Assembly: GCF_000281045.1 (NCBI RefSeq)
Contig: NW_008246105.1
Location: 281,762 to 345,722 of the forward strand
DNA length: 63,961 nucleotides
Source of the DNA: Saprolegnia diclina VS20
Taxonomy: Eukaryota
Reading direction: 5' to 3'
Position 1 is the stretch's first letter. Each line of letters opens with the position of its first letter. Shown here in pieces: positions 23,119 through 35,365 of this stretch. The notes under the pieces are model-generated. The model saw nothing but the letters and a program-made list of their open reading frames with translations, ran no database searches and had not been told where the DNA came from. The translations under genes and the position numbers were made by a program.

Positions 23119-26063
23119 TTAGGCAATATCAAACATGCCGGGCGCGTCGACGTCCGGTTGTGTCTGAAAGAGCGCAGCCTCGAGCGACGCGTACTGCGAG
23201 CCAAAGCTGTCGGAGAGCGCGCCAAAGACCTCGAGAATCTCGCCGTCGGGGTTTTGGATAAAGTGGCGGTACAGCTGCCGCGACCCGTCGAGCTCGAGCG
23301 TGAAGATCGCTATGTGCACGGTCGTCTCGACGAAATTTGGGTCGAGTGGGTCGCGGAGTTCGTACTCGCAGACGGCAGTCTTGCGCTGGGCGCCGTGAAT
23401 TGACTTCCACCGCCCAGCACGGTCGCAGAGCTTCCTCACCTCGGCGGCCGAGACTTCAAAGTCATGGGGCACAAAGAACGTGCCTTCGCGCGCGTGGACG
23501 CGGCGGTACACGTCCAACATGCGGCCGTTCATGTGCAAATGGAGGAGGTACGTATAGAAGAGGACGGCGGCGAGACTCATGAGGATGCCGTAGAGGAGCA
23601 GCGTCAAGACGGCACCGACAATGCCGGTACCCTCCGAGAGCACGTAGCGCGCGTAGAGCTTGAACGCGTCGCCTTCTGCGCACCTAGAGAACCGCGCACC
23701 TGAATCTGCCTGTAGCAATCAAGAGGAAACCGTACGTGCAGAGGGCCGAGGTCGGGTCGACGCACTCGGGGAGGTCGGCGCACGCGTAATTGTGCGAGAT
23801 GAGATCGACCAGGAAGATGAGCAACGGGTCCAAGACTGTGCCAAGGCCAAAGCATGCAATGAAGCGGGAGCCAAGCTCGGGAAAGTCCCCGAGGACGCGC
23901 TGGCAAATGTACGCAATGAGCATGAGCAGCAGGAACGTAAGCATGTTGACAGCAACCCCGGCGCAGATGCAAATGACCTCAACGACGCTCGGCACAGTGT
24001 TCCAAATGTACTTGAGTACACATGTCGTGAGCGCGGGCTCGAATGTGAAGACGGGCACGTTGGCCGACCGAAGGTAGAGCCACTGACCGAGGTAGTGCAC
24101 GTAGACGCGTAGCCAGAGCGCGAGAAGGAGGAAGGAGAGCATGAGCCAGAACTGCAGCGTGGACGCCTTGGCCAAGCCGAGGTCGGCAAACAGCTCTTGC
24201 TTGAGGTAGCGCAGCTTGCGGTAGACTGCAAAGCGCTGGTGCTTGGCGACCGTCTCATCGAGATGGCGGTTGGTCGTGAACGAGAACGAATCCCACGCAT
24301 GCATGTCATTTGGGGGCACCGCCAGCGTCTTTTCGTCGTCGTCCTTCTCGTCTCGAGGCTCGTCGCCTTCGCTCTCGTCGGTGGCCCGTGGCGACCTCGG
24401 TTCGAGCAGCTCGATGGTTTCGTCGACCATCTATTCTCCATGATCTTACAGCACAATACTGAGAGCAAGAAGCCCACCGAGCGCACCAGTAGCGGCTTGG
24501 ATTTGGTGCTGCGTCGGCGGAACCACGACTGCCACGACCGCTTCTTCCGCGGAGTTTTTTGCTTGGTCGGCGCCTCGACGAGGGCGGAATTCGACTCCGG
24601 GACGCCAGGAAGCACCCTGTTGCTGCTCTTTGTCTTTGGCTTGCGGTGCCGTGCGCTCTGGAGCTCGGCCGCGGCGTGGCCCCAGGAGACATGGTCGGCC
24701 AAGTGCTCGGGTTGGGGCTTGGGTTGGACGACACCTCCAATTGTGGCAGCATACTCCTGCTTCTGGAGCAGTGCGCGGTCGGTGGTTTCGAGCTTGAGGA
24801 GCTGGTTCATAAAGTCGACTTCAACGTCGTACTCGCGCTGGAGGACGCCAGCGTCGTCGAGCCGCTCGCGGGGCAAGTGCTTGGCCGTGAGGTACACATT
24901 GCAGAGCCACGCGCTGAGGTCCATCGTGTACATGCGCTCAATGTCCTGCGCCATTCGCGTTGCATACGATCGTCGACAACATGGGCGTACGTGGTACTTT
25001 GTGATCGTGTGGTCCACGTCGCCACGCAGCATCGGGACCTTGAAGCGACCTTCCAGAATGGTAAAGTCGGTCGTGCACGCCGGCAGCGCAGCCCACCCAA
25101 CGACCGTGTCGTGCATCGCACTCGCGCCGCTGAGCAAATAGAGCTCGAGGATCACGACATTGGCTACACTCATGAGATATGGATACTTGGATAGAGTGTA
25201 CCGGGGCGCAGGTCCAGCTCGGACGGGCAGACGCAAAAGATACTTTGGTTGACATTCAGTTCTGTGTTGTAAAAGTGACCGCGGTGGAAGATCGGCCGGG
25301 TGATGCCAGGGTAGTCGCGACCAATACCGCGCTCGCCCGCGACACCCCACGAGATCGGGTTGCCCCCGAGGTGGTCGTAGAGCGTTGCCAAGAGCACGTA
25401 GTGGCCTTGGGCCAGCTTGTCCTTGGGCGCACGAAGCATATGTACTTGGAGCTCGACAGGTTGCGGGATCTTGGCCCACTCGGCGCGGTACCGGCGCGTC
25501 TGAATTGAGACGTGCGCTGACGCGTCGCCGTACGTGTCTCGGACATGGGCCTAGACAAGGTCGCAAAGCTACAACATGCCGACGGAACCGACCTGCTGCT
25601 GGCCGAGGACGTTCTTCATGTGGCTTTCAGCTTGCTGGAAGACTTGCGATAGCTTCTTGGCCTGAAGCTCGACGACGTGCAGGCTCTGTCGCTCGCGCTT
25701 GGCCAAGTTGATTTTGTGCGCCTGCGCCTGCGCTTCGAGTCGCTTTTTTGTCTGCTTTTCCTTGTAGACGAGGAGGCTCTCGCGGGCAATGTACGCGTCG
25801 GCATCAGCCCGCGCCTGCGCAAGCCGCGCAGCTTCCAGCTCGGCTTCTTGCGCCGCGATCGTCTCGGTCGGCACCGACCCGACAACGACCTCGGCCGCAG
25901 GAACAAGCACGTCAAAGTGGTCGACGTACGACGGAATGACGACCGCGATCGACGCAAGGTCTGAAATTGCACCGTGCTCAACCGAGAGGTTGGGCGACGG
26001 GACGCCATCGTCACGCAGAAATGCCTCGAGCGCATCGTCGTCGCTCGTCGTCTCGGTCGTCAT
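23119..26063 (-). CDS. OFCC1-like multi-pass membrane protein, multi-exon
   Basis: N-terminal coiled coil; C2-like LRAPKDKLAQGHYVLLATLYDHLGG; TM region FWLMLSFLLLALWLRVYVHYLGQW; C-terminal HMNGRMLDVYRRVH...FFVPHDFEVS. These motifs were recognised from memory as OFCC1-family. Confidence 0.7.
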
Positions 26064-26121
26064 CCTCTGTAACTGCGACTCGACCAAAAAATAGACAGTC
26101 GCGAAACCTCATTGGCGTGGC

Positions 26122-27098
26122 ATGGCGGCGCGCCGACCCAGCTACGCGTCCGCAAGCTTCAAGTCGGACCTCTTTACCGTCCGCGAAGTAGACTTCTCGT
26201 CGTCTCTGTTCGTCGCCATTACGATGGTGTCTAGTCGCTCGACAAGACGCCCAAGCACATCCTCGTCGAAGTCAAAAACAAGCGCACTCGTACCTCCATC
26301 ACTGGCGCCGAGACGGGTGTCTCCGAGACCAACGAAGCCGCGATCGTCCAAGCCGCCCAAGTACGTCCTATGTAGCTGACGTTGCGACTGCAGGAATCGC
26401 ATCGTAGCGACGCATCCTCAAGTACAACTCATCCGACTCGTCGTTGCGCAAGGCCATTCGCTGGCTTGGCGGCATGGTCGGCGTCTCGCGCGCGCCCCGG
26501 GACCTCGCACTGCTCAGCGCACACTTGGCAGTTGGCAGCGACGAGGCAGCCGCCAACTACGTGACGCTGTACGATGCTGGCATCACGCACATTTGCAACG
26601 TTGCGAGCCAATGCGACCTCCACTTCATGGGCAAGTTTGTGTACATGCATTTGAAGATCAAGGACACGCCCGAGCTCGACATGCGCCTGCACTTTGACGC
26701 GGTCTTTGCCTTTTTGAATCGGGCGCGGGACGTCAATGGCCGCGTTCTCGTCCACTGCGTCGCAGGTATCTCGATGGCCGTGCGATGCGGAGGCCGATGT
26801 CGGGTTAGGGGTGTCGCGCTCGGTCACGTTTGCGATCGCGTACCTCATGAAGGAAACCAAAATGAATTTGCACCAAGCGTACGCGTTGCTCAAGCAGCGG
26901 CGGCCGCTCATGTGCCCAAACAAAGGCTTCCGCTACCAGCTTGCGCTGTACGAGGTACGCATGCCTTTTGTGTTGCATTTTCACTTTGAAATGCGGTGGT
27001 AGATTGATCTGTATGGGTCGTCGTCGGTACTGCGCTCGGACGACAAGGACTGGGACTTTTACGAGTGGAATGTGTACAAAGAGCGACTGCAAAAGTAG
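26122..27098 (+). CDS. Dual-specificity protein phosphatase, multi-exon
   Basis: GITHICNVA, IKDTPE, catalytic VLVHCVAG|VSRS (split by an intron), IAYLM, RPLMCPNKGF. Exons reconstructed from ATG 26122; stop TAG at 27096-27098. Confidence 0.9.
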
Positions 27099-27160
27099 CG
27101 AAACCACGAATTTTGACGTGTATTTGATTGGGAAAGTCCAAATTTGCTGAAAGAGGTTCC

Positions 27161-29673
27161 TTACGCCTTGCCCTGGTGGTGATCGTGCGAGAGGTCGGCA
27201 AGGAGGTGCAACGCGTGGGGCAAGACGGTCGCAACCGCCTCAATGTTTTCAGCCACCGCGTTCGGTTTGCCCGGAAGCGTCAAGATCAGCGTTTGCCCGC
27301 GGAGCCCCGCAATGGGGCGGGAGAGGATCGCCATGGGCGTCACGAGGAGCGACGCTTGCATGATCTTGAACACAAGGCCCGGTGCCTCCCGCTCCAGAAG
27401 CGGCTACATGTAGTCAAATCTACAGCTGCCGAGGTCGTAGAGCGTTCTTCTAGTACCTGGATGGCCTCGGGCGTGCGATCCCGGGGGCTAAAGCCCGTGC
27501 CGCCGGACGTAAAGACGAGGTTGACGCGCAAGTCGTCGCACCAGCGCTGGACAGCGCTGCGAATCACGTCGACTTCGTCAGGCACCGTCGCTGCTTCCAC
27601 AAGCGTCACGTCCAGTCCAGGGAGCGCTAGACGACAGCATAGCTGACATACAACCAGAATCAGAAAACGTACCAGAGAGGAGCTTGGCCATTATCGGACC
27701 GCTGCGATCGTCAGCCTCGCCACGTGACACGCGGTCGCTGACCTACATGACGTGAGTCCCACCAGCCAAACACGCATCTTTTCACCGTCAAGATACACGC
27801 GCGGACAGCGAGTCGCGGTGCAGCCGTGGCCCGGGGCGCCGGTGCCAAAGGCCGGGCGACGGGCGGCAAGGCGGGTTGCTGCGCCGCCATGTCCTACCAG
27901 AGCATCCCATTGAAATCGAAGCGGTGCCATAACTACTAGCGTACGGCTTCCGAGAGGAACGTGCAGTCAACCCACGCACCCTCGTCCAAGCGGAGCCCGG
28001 TCGGAAGGTGCAAGAGAGCATTCGCAAAGCGGCAACTACGACATCCTTCGAGTCGATCTATCCAGCACTGGAGGGATCGTACCTCAAGAGGCGGCTGCTG
28101 GCCTGGACACCGGTGCTTGTCGCGACAAATTGCTGTGCTTGGGCATTCCACGCAACGTTGGCGCGATGGTACTCGGGGCGCTCCTGGTCCAGCGGGAGGG
28201 CATGGGCCATTTTGGCTTTGAACGTGAGCGGGGCGCAGGACGTGGCGCCCCGCAGCTTGCGAAGCACAGGTGCGACAAGCAAGCACGACGTCACGAGGCA
28301 CGACACGGGGTTCCCCGGCAGAGCAAACACGAGCTTGGCCGGACCTGCGGCCGATGGAATCTATGTTTCCATCTTTCAATCTTCCAAGCTCGCTCTCGAT
28401 CGATTCGTGTACCGTCGCAAACGTCGTTGGCTTTCCGGGCTTCATGTGGATGCGACCAAAGTGCACCGTCCCGAGCTCTTGGAGCAGTGGCTTGACGAGA
28501 TCGTGGTCGCCCTACGAGTTTTGTAAGAAAATCACTCATGACGACGCGCCGTGTACCATGCTGACGCCGCCGCTCGTGATGAGAATGTCAACGGTAGGCA
28601 AGACAGTCGTGACGCGCGTTCGGAGCGCGTCCATGTCGTCGCTGCAGATGCCTACGCGTTCGAAATGTTGAGAAAACGACCTAAAATTGTGAAAAAATAT
28701 GAGACCGAGATCGACAACGACAGCGTCGGCCGCGCGCATGCTCGCCAGCAGCATGGGGCGGTTGCTGTCGCGGATCTTTCCGCCAGTGATCGACGAGCTG
28801 GCGTCCACGAGCTCGGACCCCGTCGAAAGAACGCCAACGATGGGCTTGCGGTGGACCAGAACGTGCGTGGTGCCGACCTATAAGCATGTTTCTTAGTCGA
28901 GCCCGATGGTTTCTTATGGAAAAAGCAACGCACGGTGGCCAAGAGGCCAATGATGGCCGGCGTCACAACCTCGCCGGCCTCGACGACGATCTCGCCGCTT
29001 TGGATGTCGAACCCGATCGGGCGAACGTTGGTGCCGCTCGAGACCGCGTGGAGGACCTTGATGGCGACTTCATTGCCGTCCTAGCACCGTTCATGACATG
29101 CCAACTGCGATAGAGTATCATTAGTACGGCATCACAAACGCCCTCGGTGTCTTCGATCTTGACGACCGCATCGGCACCGTCGGGCACGGGACAGCCGGTT
29201 GTCACGTACGCCACGCACCCCGACGTCACTTGGCTGCCTGGCGCGTCACCGGCAGCAATGCGGTTGAGGACGGGGTACTAATAAGGTCACTATGAGAAGG
29301 ACGCCATAAGGGCTATTGCTGCCGTACTTGGCCAACGCCATCGCTGGCCACGACGGCGTAGCCATCCATGACGGAGGCGCGAAAGGGCGGCAGTGGCTCC
29401 TAGCATAACAAGCTATTGCGAACCGGGACTGCAAGGTCGAGAGCGTACGCTGCTGCGAACTGTCTCGGCCACGACGCAGCCCAGCGCCTAGCAATTGATC
29501 GCTGTTGGACCTGCATGACGAGGCGACGCCGCGAGTACCTCATGGAGCGGGACCGCGGTCGTCTGCAGCGGCAGCGCCTTGGCCAGCACGATCTCAATGG
29601 CCTCCTGCATCGGCGTCATGTCGAACGCGCTGTTGCGCTTCCCGCCCTTCGTGTCCGAGCACATGCAGCTCAT
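27161..29673 (-). CDS. Molybdenum cofactor insertase Cnx1/gephyrin-like (MoeA E-domain followed by MogA G-domain), multi-exon
   Basis: E-domain: GCPVPDGADAVVKIED, IRDSNRPML, ITSGGVSMG, MKPGKPTTFA, FALPGNPVS, RPEYHRA. G-domain: TVSDRVSRGEADDRSGP, TSGGTGFSPRDRTPEA, LTLPGKPNAV. Confidence 0.92.
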
Positions 29674-30107
29674 CTTGGCCGCGTGTGTTTTCCAACTTGA
29701 TCCAAAATGCCACCTTGTCCGGATAGCGTACGAGCTAAATGCGGCACATGCCACTAATAATGGTGATGACGTGGAGCAATGTGGGACCGGTATCCCGTCG
29801 TGCATTTCATGGTTTTTGGATGCAAGCCGCGGGGGACGAAGCCTGTATAGTAGGGACAGCGCTGGCTTGGAACGTGCTAAGTGCAGTCTACGCACAGAAT
29901 GGTGCGAGGTGCCCTTGATGAGCCGTGCAGGGCCACGACCAGTTGGCTGACTTCAACAAAGGCGAGTAGCTTGTAAAATCCTACTGTGTAACTTTGGTCG
30001 AGGAAAAGTCAGTCAGTGCCCTTTTCACTTCGAAACTTGCGCTTTGACTCGACCAGCACCAACGAACGCCTCGCGTCGCGGCCGCACCGCTGCCGCCATG
30101 CCTCGCC

Positions 30108-30870
30108 ATGACGGCTCCGAGCGTCAACACCGTCTTTGCGCGATCCTCTCACGATAACTACAGCTCCGCCTTGCTCAAGGCCCTCCGCTCGCTTCCGAGC
30201 TCGCGCCGCGCGCCACGACGTGCTCTCGACGTTCGCCATGCAGACGGGCACGCGCCCGCGCTTCGACGCCGACGGCATGAAGGCGGCCTTCGGCTACGAC
30301 GAGATGAACCGCAGCACCTTCCTCGTCATTGTGCTCATGGCGATCGCGCGGATCGAGAAGGCCATGGACAGCTTGGCTTCCGCACCGACGACGGTGGCCG
30401 CTCAAGCCGCCATGAGCTCGACGCTTCACGGCGTCTCGTGGCCTCTCACCGCAGCGCCCAGCGGCAAGCTTGGTCACATCGTCTCCGCTGACCGCAGCCT
30501 CGTGGTGGTGGCATCGTTCGCGGCGCCGGACCGCATCTCGCGCGACAAGGTGCCTGACCTTACGGGGTCGACCGGGTACTGGCACACACACGTCGTGTCG
30601 GTCAAGGTGGCCAAAACCGCACCACTGCCCAACGTGACTGTGCTCGATGGCCCGCTTTGGTGCGTGCTGCTGCGTCACCTCGACGCGATGACGGTCTCGG
30701 AGGAAGAGCTGCGGCCGTCAACGATGTCGCCAGCGACAGCTTTTCTCACAAGGCGCCTCCGACGAACGTCGCCACAATTAACGTCAATCTTGACGTTTTC
30801 TCTTCAGCAAATCACGAGTTGTATGCTCCATATCGACTACAGTAGTTTCAATTTGGATAAGACATTTTAA
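30108..30870 (+). pseudogene. Frameshifted copy of an uncharacterised gene family (paralog of 35366-36286)
   Basis: Shares STFAxQTGTRPRFDAxGMKAAFGYD...NVTVLDGPLWCVLLRHLD with the 35366 ORF. The ATG at 30108 is out of frame with the conserved part, and deletions near 30714 shift the frame relative to the paralog. Confidence 0.6.
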
Positions 30871-31042
30871 TGACACTCGTTTGACAATTTACGTCTTTTC
30901 TGCAGCAATCGAGTTGGTATGCATACCCAAGGGATTGTCAGAGCAAGCTGCAACGTCAAGCAGTGATGCTCCTCGATGCAGTGACCACAATGACAAACAG
31001 AAAATGCTGGAGGAATACAAGTGTATAAATCAAGGTGTGAGT

Positions 31043-33468
31043 TTATGCCAGGCGCCGCTTCTTGCGCGCCATCATCTGCAGCGCAAGGGCTTCCTGATCT
31101 TCCAAGTCGCCTGCGTCGCTGCTGCCGCTCGCCTCGTTCTCTTCATCGTCGTCATCACTGCCGTCGTTGTCGCTGCCGCTCATGCTTTCGTCGCTGCTGG
31201 CGCCAGCGAGACGAGGGCCGTCGTCCTCGTCCTCGTCACTGCCTTCGTCGCGCTCGCCCTTGAGCTTCATGCGGCGCTTGGCGTGCTTGGCGCGGACACG
31301 ATCCTTCTCGAGCTGTCGATCTTCGGCATCCTTGAGCTGGAGGCGCGCCGCGACCTGCTGCGTAAAAGCCTCGGCCTTGGCCTCGACGTTCTCGTAGAGC
31401 TCCTTTGTGGCGACCGCCGACGCCTTGGAGAAGCGCTCGAACGGCGTCATCGAGTTGCCTTCGTCGTCAAACACCACCTTGTTGAGCGCGGCGGCGCCGA
31501 CGCGGATCTTCTTTTGCTTCTTCTTGAGCGCCGCCTTGGTCGTCTCGTAATCGGGCAGTTGTTCGTCCTCGTCCTCCTTGTCCTCGTCTTCATCGTTGTC
31601 GCCGCTCTTGCCAGACCAGTCATGACGCTGCTTGACGACCAGCAACTCGTCGTCACTGTCTTCGTCATCGTCATCACTCGCATCGTCATCGTCATCACTC
31701 GCATCGTCATCACTCGCATCGTCGTCGCTGTCGGCCTTGGTCGGCGGCTTGGCACTGCCAAGGCGCTTGAGAAGCTTCTCGGCCTTGATCTTGTCCTTGA
31801 GCGCCTGGAGCTTGCGGTTGACGTTCTTCTTCTCGCGGTTGGCCTCGCGCGTCTGCACCGCGTCCTTGAGAAAGGGCATGCGGGGCGCGTGGGGAAGGCC
31901 GTAGGACGCGGCGAGCGCCTGCATGTCCATGGCTTCGGCGTTGAAGATGTCTTTGGCCGGCTGCAGGACGACCGACCGGACGTACGACATGAACGCCTTC
32001 TGCGCCATGAGCTTGAGGTCCTTGTCGGCGGCGACGATCGACGCGACCTTGCCCTGCGTGCTCGCCGTCTTTTGCGGGTTGACCTTGATCTTGGCAATCG
32101 GGATCTTGGCGTCGTTGAGACCTTGCAGGAGACCTTCTTCTTCGGACGGCAGCAACTGCATGAGCGCGCGGCCGTTCTTGTTGTAGCGCGCGGTACGCCC
32201 GACGCGGTGGATGTAGTTGGCCACGTCTTCGGGCGCGTCGAGCTGCACGACCCAGTCGACGTTGGGGAAGTCGAGACCTCGGGCAGCAACGTCGGTCGCA
32301 AACATGACGGCGGCCGGCTTGTTCAAAAAGTTGTAGTACACATCGACGCGCTTCCCCTGCTTGTACTTGCCGTGGAGCGCCATGAGGGGCACGCCGGGCT
32401 GCATCTTGCAGAGCACTTCGTGGATAAAGCGCACTTGGCGACACGTGGACGCAAACACGATCGTCTTTTGCTTCAGATGCGACTTGATAAAGGCGAAGAG
32501 CACGTCGAGCTTCTGGCCGACTTCGCACACGAGGTAGTTTTGCGTGAGGCCGCTCGGCGTCGCGGTCGTCGACTTTTCGTGCACGGCGACGTACTCGGGC
32601 TCGTTCAAACTCAGGCGCGCGAGGTCCTTGATCGACTTGGTCTGCGTCGCCGAAAAGAGCATCGTCTGCCGCGACGGCGGGAGGTACCCGATGATGCTCG
32701 AGAGCTGCGTCGAGAAACCCATATCGAGGATGCGATCAGCTTCGTCCAGCACGAGCATCTACGATACACTGAGTCCACGGTTCAACGGGTCAATGCGAAC
32801 GAACCTGAAGGTTGGAGAGGTCAAAGTTGGGCGTCTGTTCCATGTGCTGAAGGAGGCGACCGGGCGTCGCAATGAGAATGTTCATCTTGATGATGCGGTA
32901 CTGCTCCTCCTGGAAATTCTTGCCGCCAATGACGAGGCCCGCCGAGAACGTGTGCGTCTTGGCAAACCCGCGGAGCACCTCGAAAATCTGAAGCGCGAGC
33001 TCGCGCGTCGGCGAAATGACGAGGCCGCCAAGACCGTCTTCCACGTCCCAGCGCAGACGATACAGCTTCTCAATGAGCGGGATCAAGAAGGCTACGATGA
33101 CGCGCATGAGTGCATTGTCGACGCATAGAGTCGGATGATACGCACCGAGCGTCTTGCCGGAACCCGTCTTCGCCGCAGCGAGGATGTCGCGCCTACACGT
33201 AGATGCAAGTGAGAGAGTGCTCGGGCGCGCCTTGGACAGCGTACCCGGCGAGCGCGTGCGGGATCGCGCCAATCTGAATCTTGGTGGGCTTGGTGAACTT
33301 GCAGCGCTTGAGCCCGTTCTTGGTCGACACGGAGAGCGGCAGCGTGTCAAAGGACTCGACGTCGTCCATCTGCGAGCCGCGCGCCGGCGTCTCGAGCTCA
33401 ATGCGCTCGTTGAGGACCGCGACTTCCTTGCTCTCCCGCTCGTGCAGCTTCCCTTCGTCCTTGGCCAT
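31043..33468 (-). CDS. DDX10: DEAD-box RNA helicase DDX10/Dbp4 (18S rRNA processing), multi-exon
   Basis: [94 protein letters not shown]. Confidence 0.93.
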
Positions 33469-33878
33469 GGCTCGATGTGATCTTATTGTGCGCTTGGCCA
33501 ATGGATTCGTCTCGCCATTTATTTCATTTCGCGCGCTGCCCAATCACACACCGACGTTTCTGGAATATTGCCCAATCCCACGGCGCTTCAATCTACACTA
33601 TATTTAAAGTCAAAATTGGTGTTGAATGTAGAGCCGACATCCCAGTCCTTGTCGCGACACGGCTCTCTTCGCCAAAGCCTAATGCAGCATCCCTTTTTCT
33701 TTTCTAGAGATGAGGTCGTGCGGATGCGCGCGCGACGTGTATGGGCTGGAACTGGACCGCTTGTTAAAGAGTACACTATTTGACAATGTGATATGGTGTT
33801 TTTCACACATGTGAAAAACAGCGTGCATTGAAAGGCGAAGAGGGTGAAAAATTCGAAGTGGACGCAGCCAGCAGCAGC

Positions 33879-34984
33879 ATGGATCGGGAGGCGCATGTGC
33901 TCTTCTTCCTCCGCCACGTGCGCAAGCTGCCAGAGCCGTACGCGGGCCAGGACCACCACCGCGTCGTGCTCCTCTTCTTCTGCATACATGGCCTCGCGAT
34001 CCTCGGCGAGCTCGACCGCGTCGACAAGAAGGAGCTCATCGAGTGGGTCTACTCGCTGCAGGTGCACCCCGATCGCCGCGACCGTAGCATCAACGTGGCC
34101 GACTGCGGCTTCCGCGGCTCGCCCTGGATGGGCAATGTCTTTGGCCAGCGGCCCAAGGACTATGAGAGCAGCACATACGACGTGGCCCACATCGCCTCGA
34201 CGTATGCGTCAATCGCGATCCTCCGGACGCTTGGCGACAACTTGAGCCGCGTCAACAAGCAAGCCGTCACCGCGTCCCTCCGCCACCTCCAAAACCCAGC
34301 AACGGGCGGGTGCAAAGCGATCTTACATCCATCGTTGTCACAATTGCGCTAGGTTCTCGGCGAGCTCCCTCGGCACCGAGGAAGATCTGCGCTTCGTCTT
34401 TTGCGCCTGCGCCATCTCGCACATGCTCAACGACTGGTCGGGCGTCGACCGCGACGGCGTCGTGCGCTACGTCAATGCGTGTGCGGTGCGTTGCGCGTGT
34501 GCTTGATAGGAATCATCCTAACGACACTTGGTAGACGTACGAGGGCGGCCTTGGCATGAACCCGGGCCTCGAGGCGCAGGGCGGCGTGACCTACTGCGGC
34601 ATGGCGTCGCTAGCGCTCTGCGGCCGGCTCGCGCAGGTGGACTTTTCGATCCAGAAGCTGCTTCGCTGGCTCGTTTCTCGACAGCAAGGGGGCTTCCAGG
34701 GCCGCACCAACAAGACGCCAGACAGCTGCTACGCCTTCTGGGACGGCGCGACGCTGCAGATGCTCGGGTTCCACAACCTCGTGGACATTCCCAGCGTCCG
34801 CAAGTTTGTGCTCTCGTGCCAGTTCGCGCACGGCGGCGGGATCGCCAAGTTCCCCGACACGTATCCCGACGTCATGCATGCCTACTACAGCCTCGCGTGG
34901 CTCAGCATCGCGGGCGAGCATGGCTTGTTGCCGCTCGAGACAAAGCTGCAGGTGCCGTTGCCCAAGAAGCCGTCGCATAAGTAG
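33879..34984 (+). CDS. PGGT1B: Geranylgeranyltransferase type I beta subunit, 3 exons
   Basis: LPEPYAGQDHHR, IEWVYSLQV, CGFRGS, HIASTY, EEDLRFVFCA, YEGGLG..PGLEAQGG.TYC, GFQGRTNK.PDSCYAFW, PDVMHAY. Confidence 0.9.
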
Positions 34985-35072
34985 CGAGTTCGTCGATATT
35001 AGTGTAATACAATTGGTATGCAGAGGCAACCGAGTCTGTGGACAGCCTCGTCTGTGGCGGCGGATCGGCGCG

Positions 35073-35131
35073 GCCGACTGCAAGCCGACTGCAAGCCGAC
35101 TGCAAGCCGACTGCAAGCCGACTGCAAGCCG
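35073..35131. repeat. Perfect tandem repeat (GCCGACTGCAA) x5 plus a partial unit
   Basis: Read directly from the sequence. Confidence 0.97.
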
Positions 35132-35365
35132 CAGAAAGGCCATACGGTTGATGGTATATTAATATGAATAAAAATATGGCCAAAAATCGAAGCGGCCACT
35201 GCAAAAGAACCAATCGCAGCGCGGGATTCTGCGGCGGACAGCGTAGAAGCCAATCCGCGTCGTCTATTTAAAAGCGGTCGATGATGAGCGTGAATAATAA
35301 TAATACAGCCCCACGAGCAACGAAATGCTGTCACATTCGGTTTCTCCTCGGTTTCAGCAAGCAGC

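Noticed and set aside
30881..32875. 664-aa + strand ORF, and similar long antisense ORFs at 18167-19684, 45477-46838 and 47048-48535
   Set aside because: These are antisense shadows of real GC3-rich genes and show no recognisable motifs.
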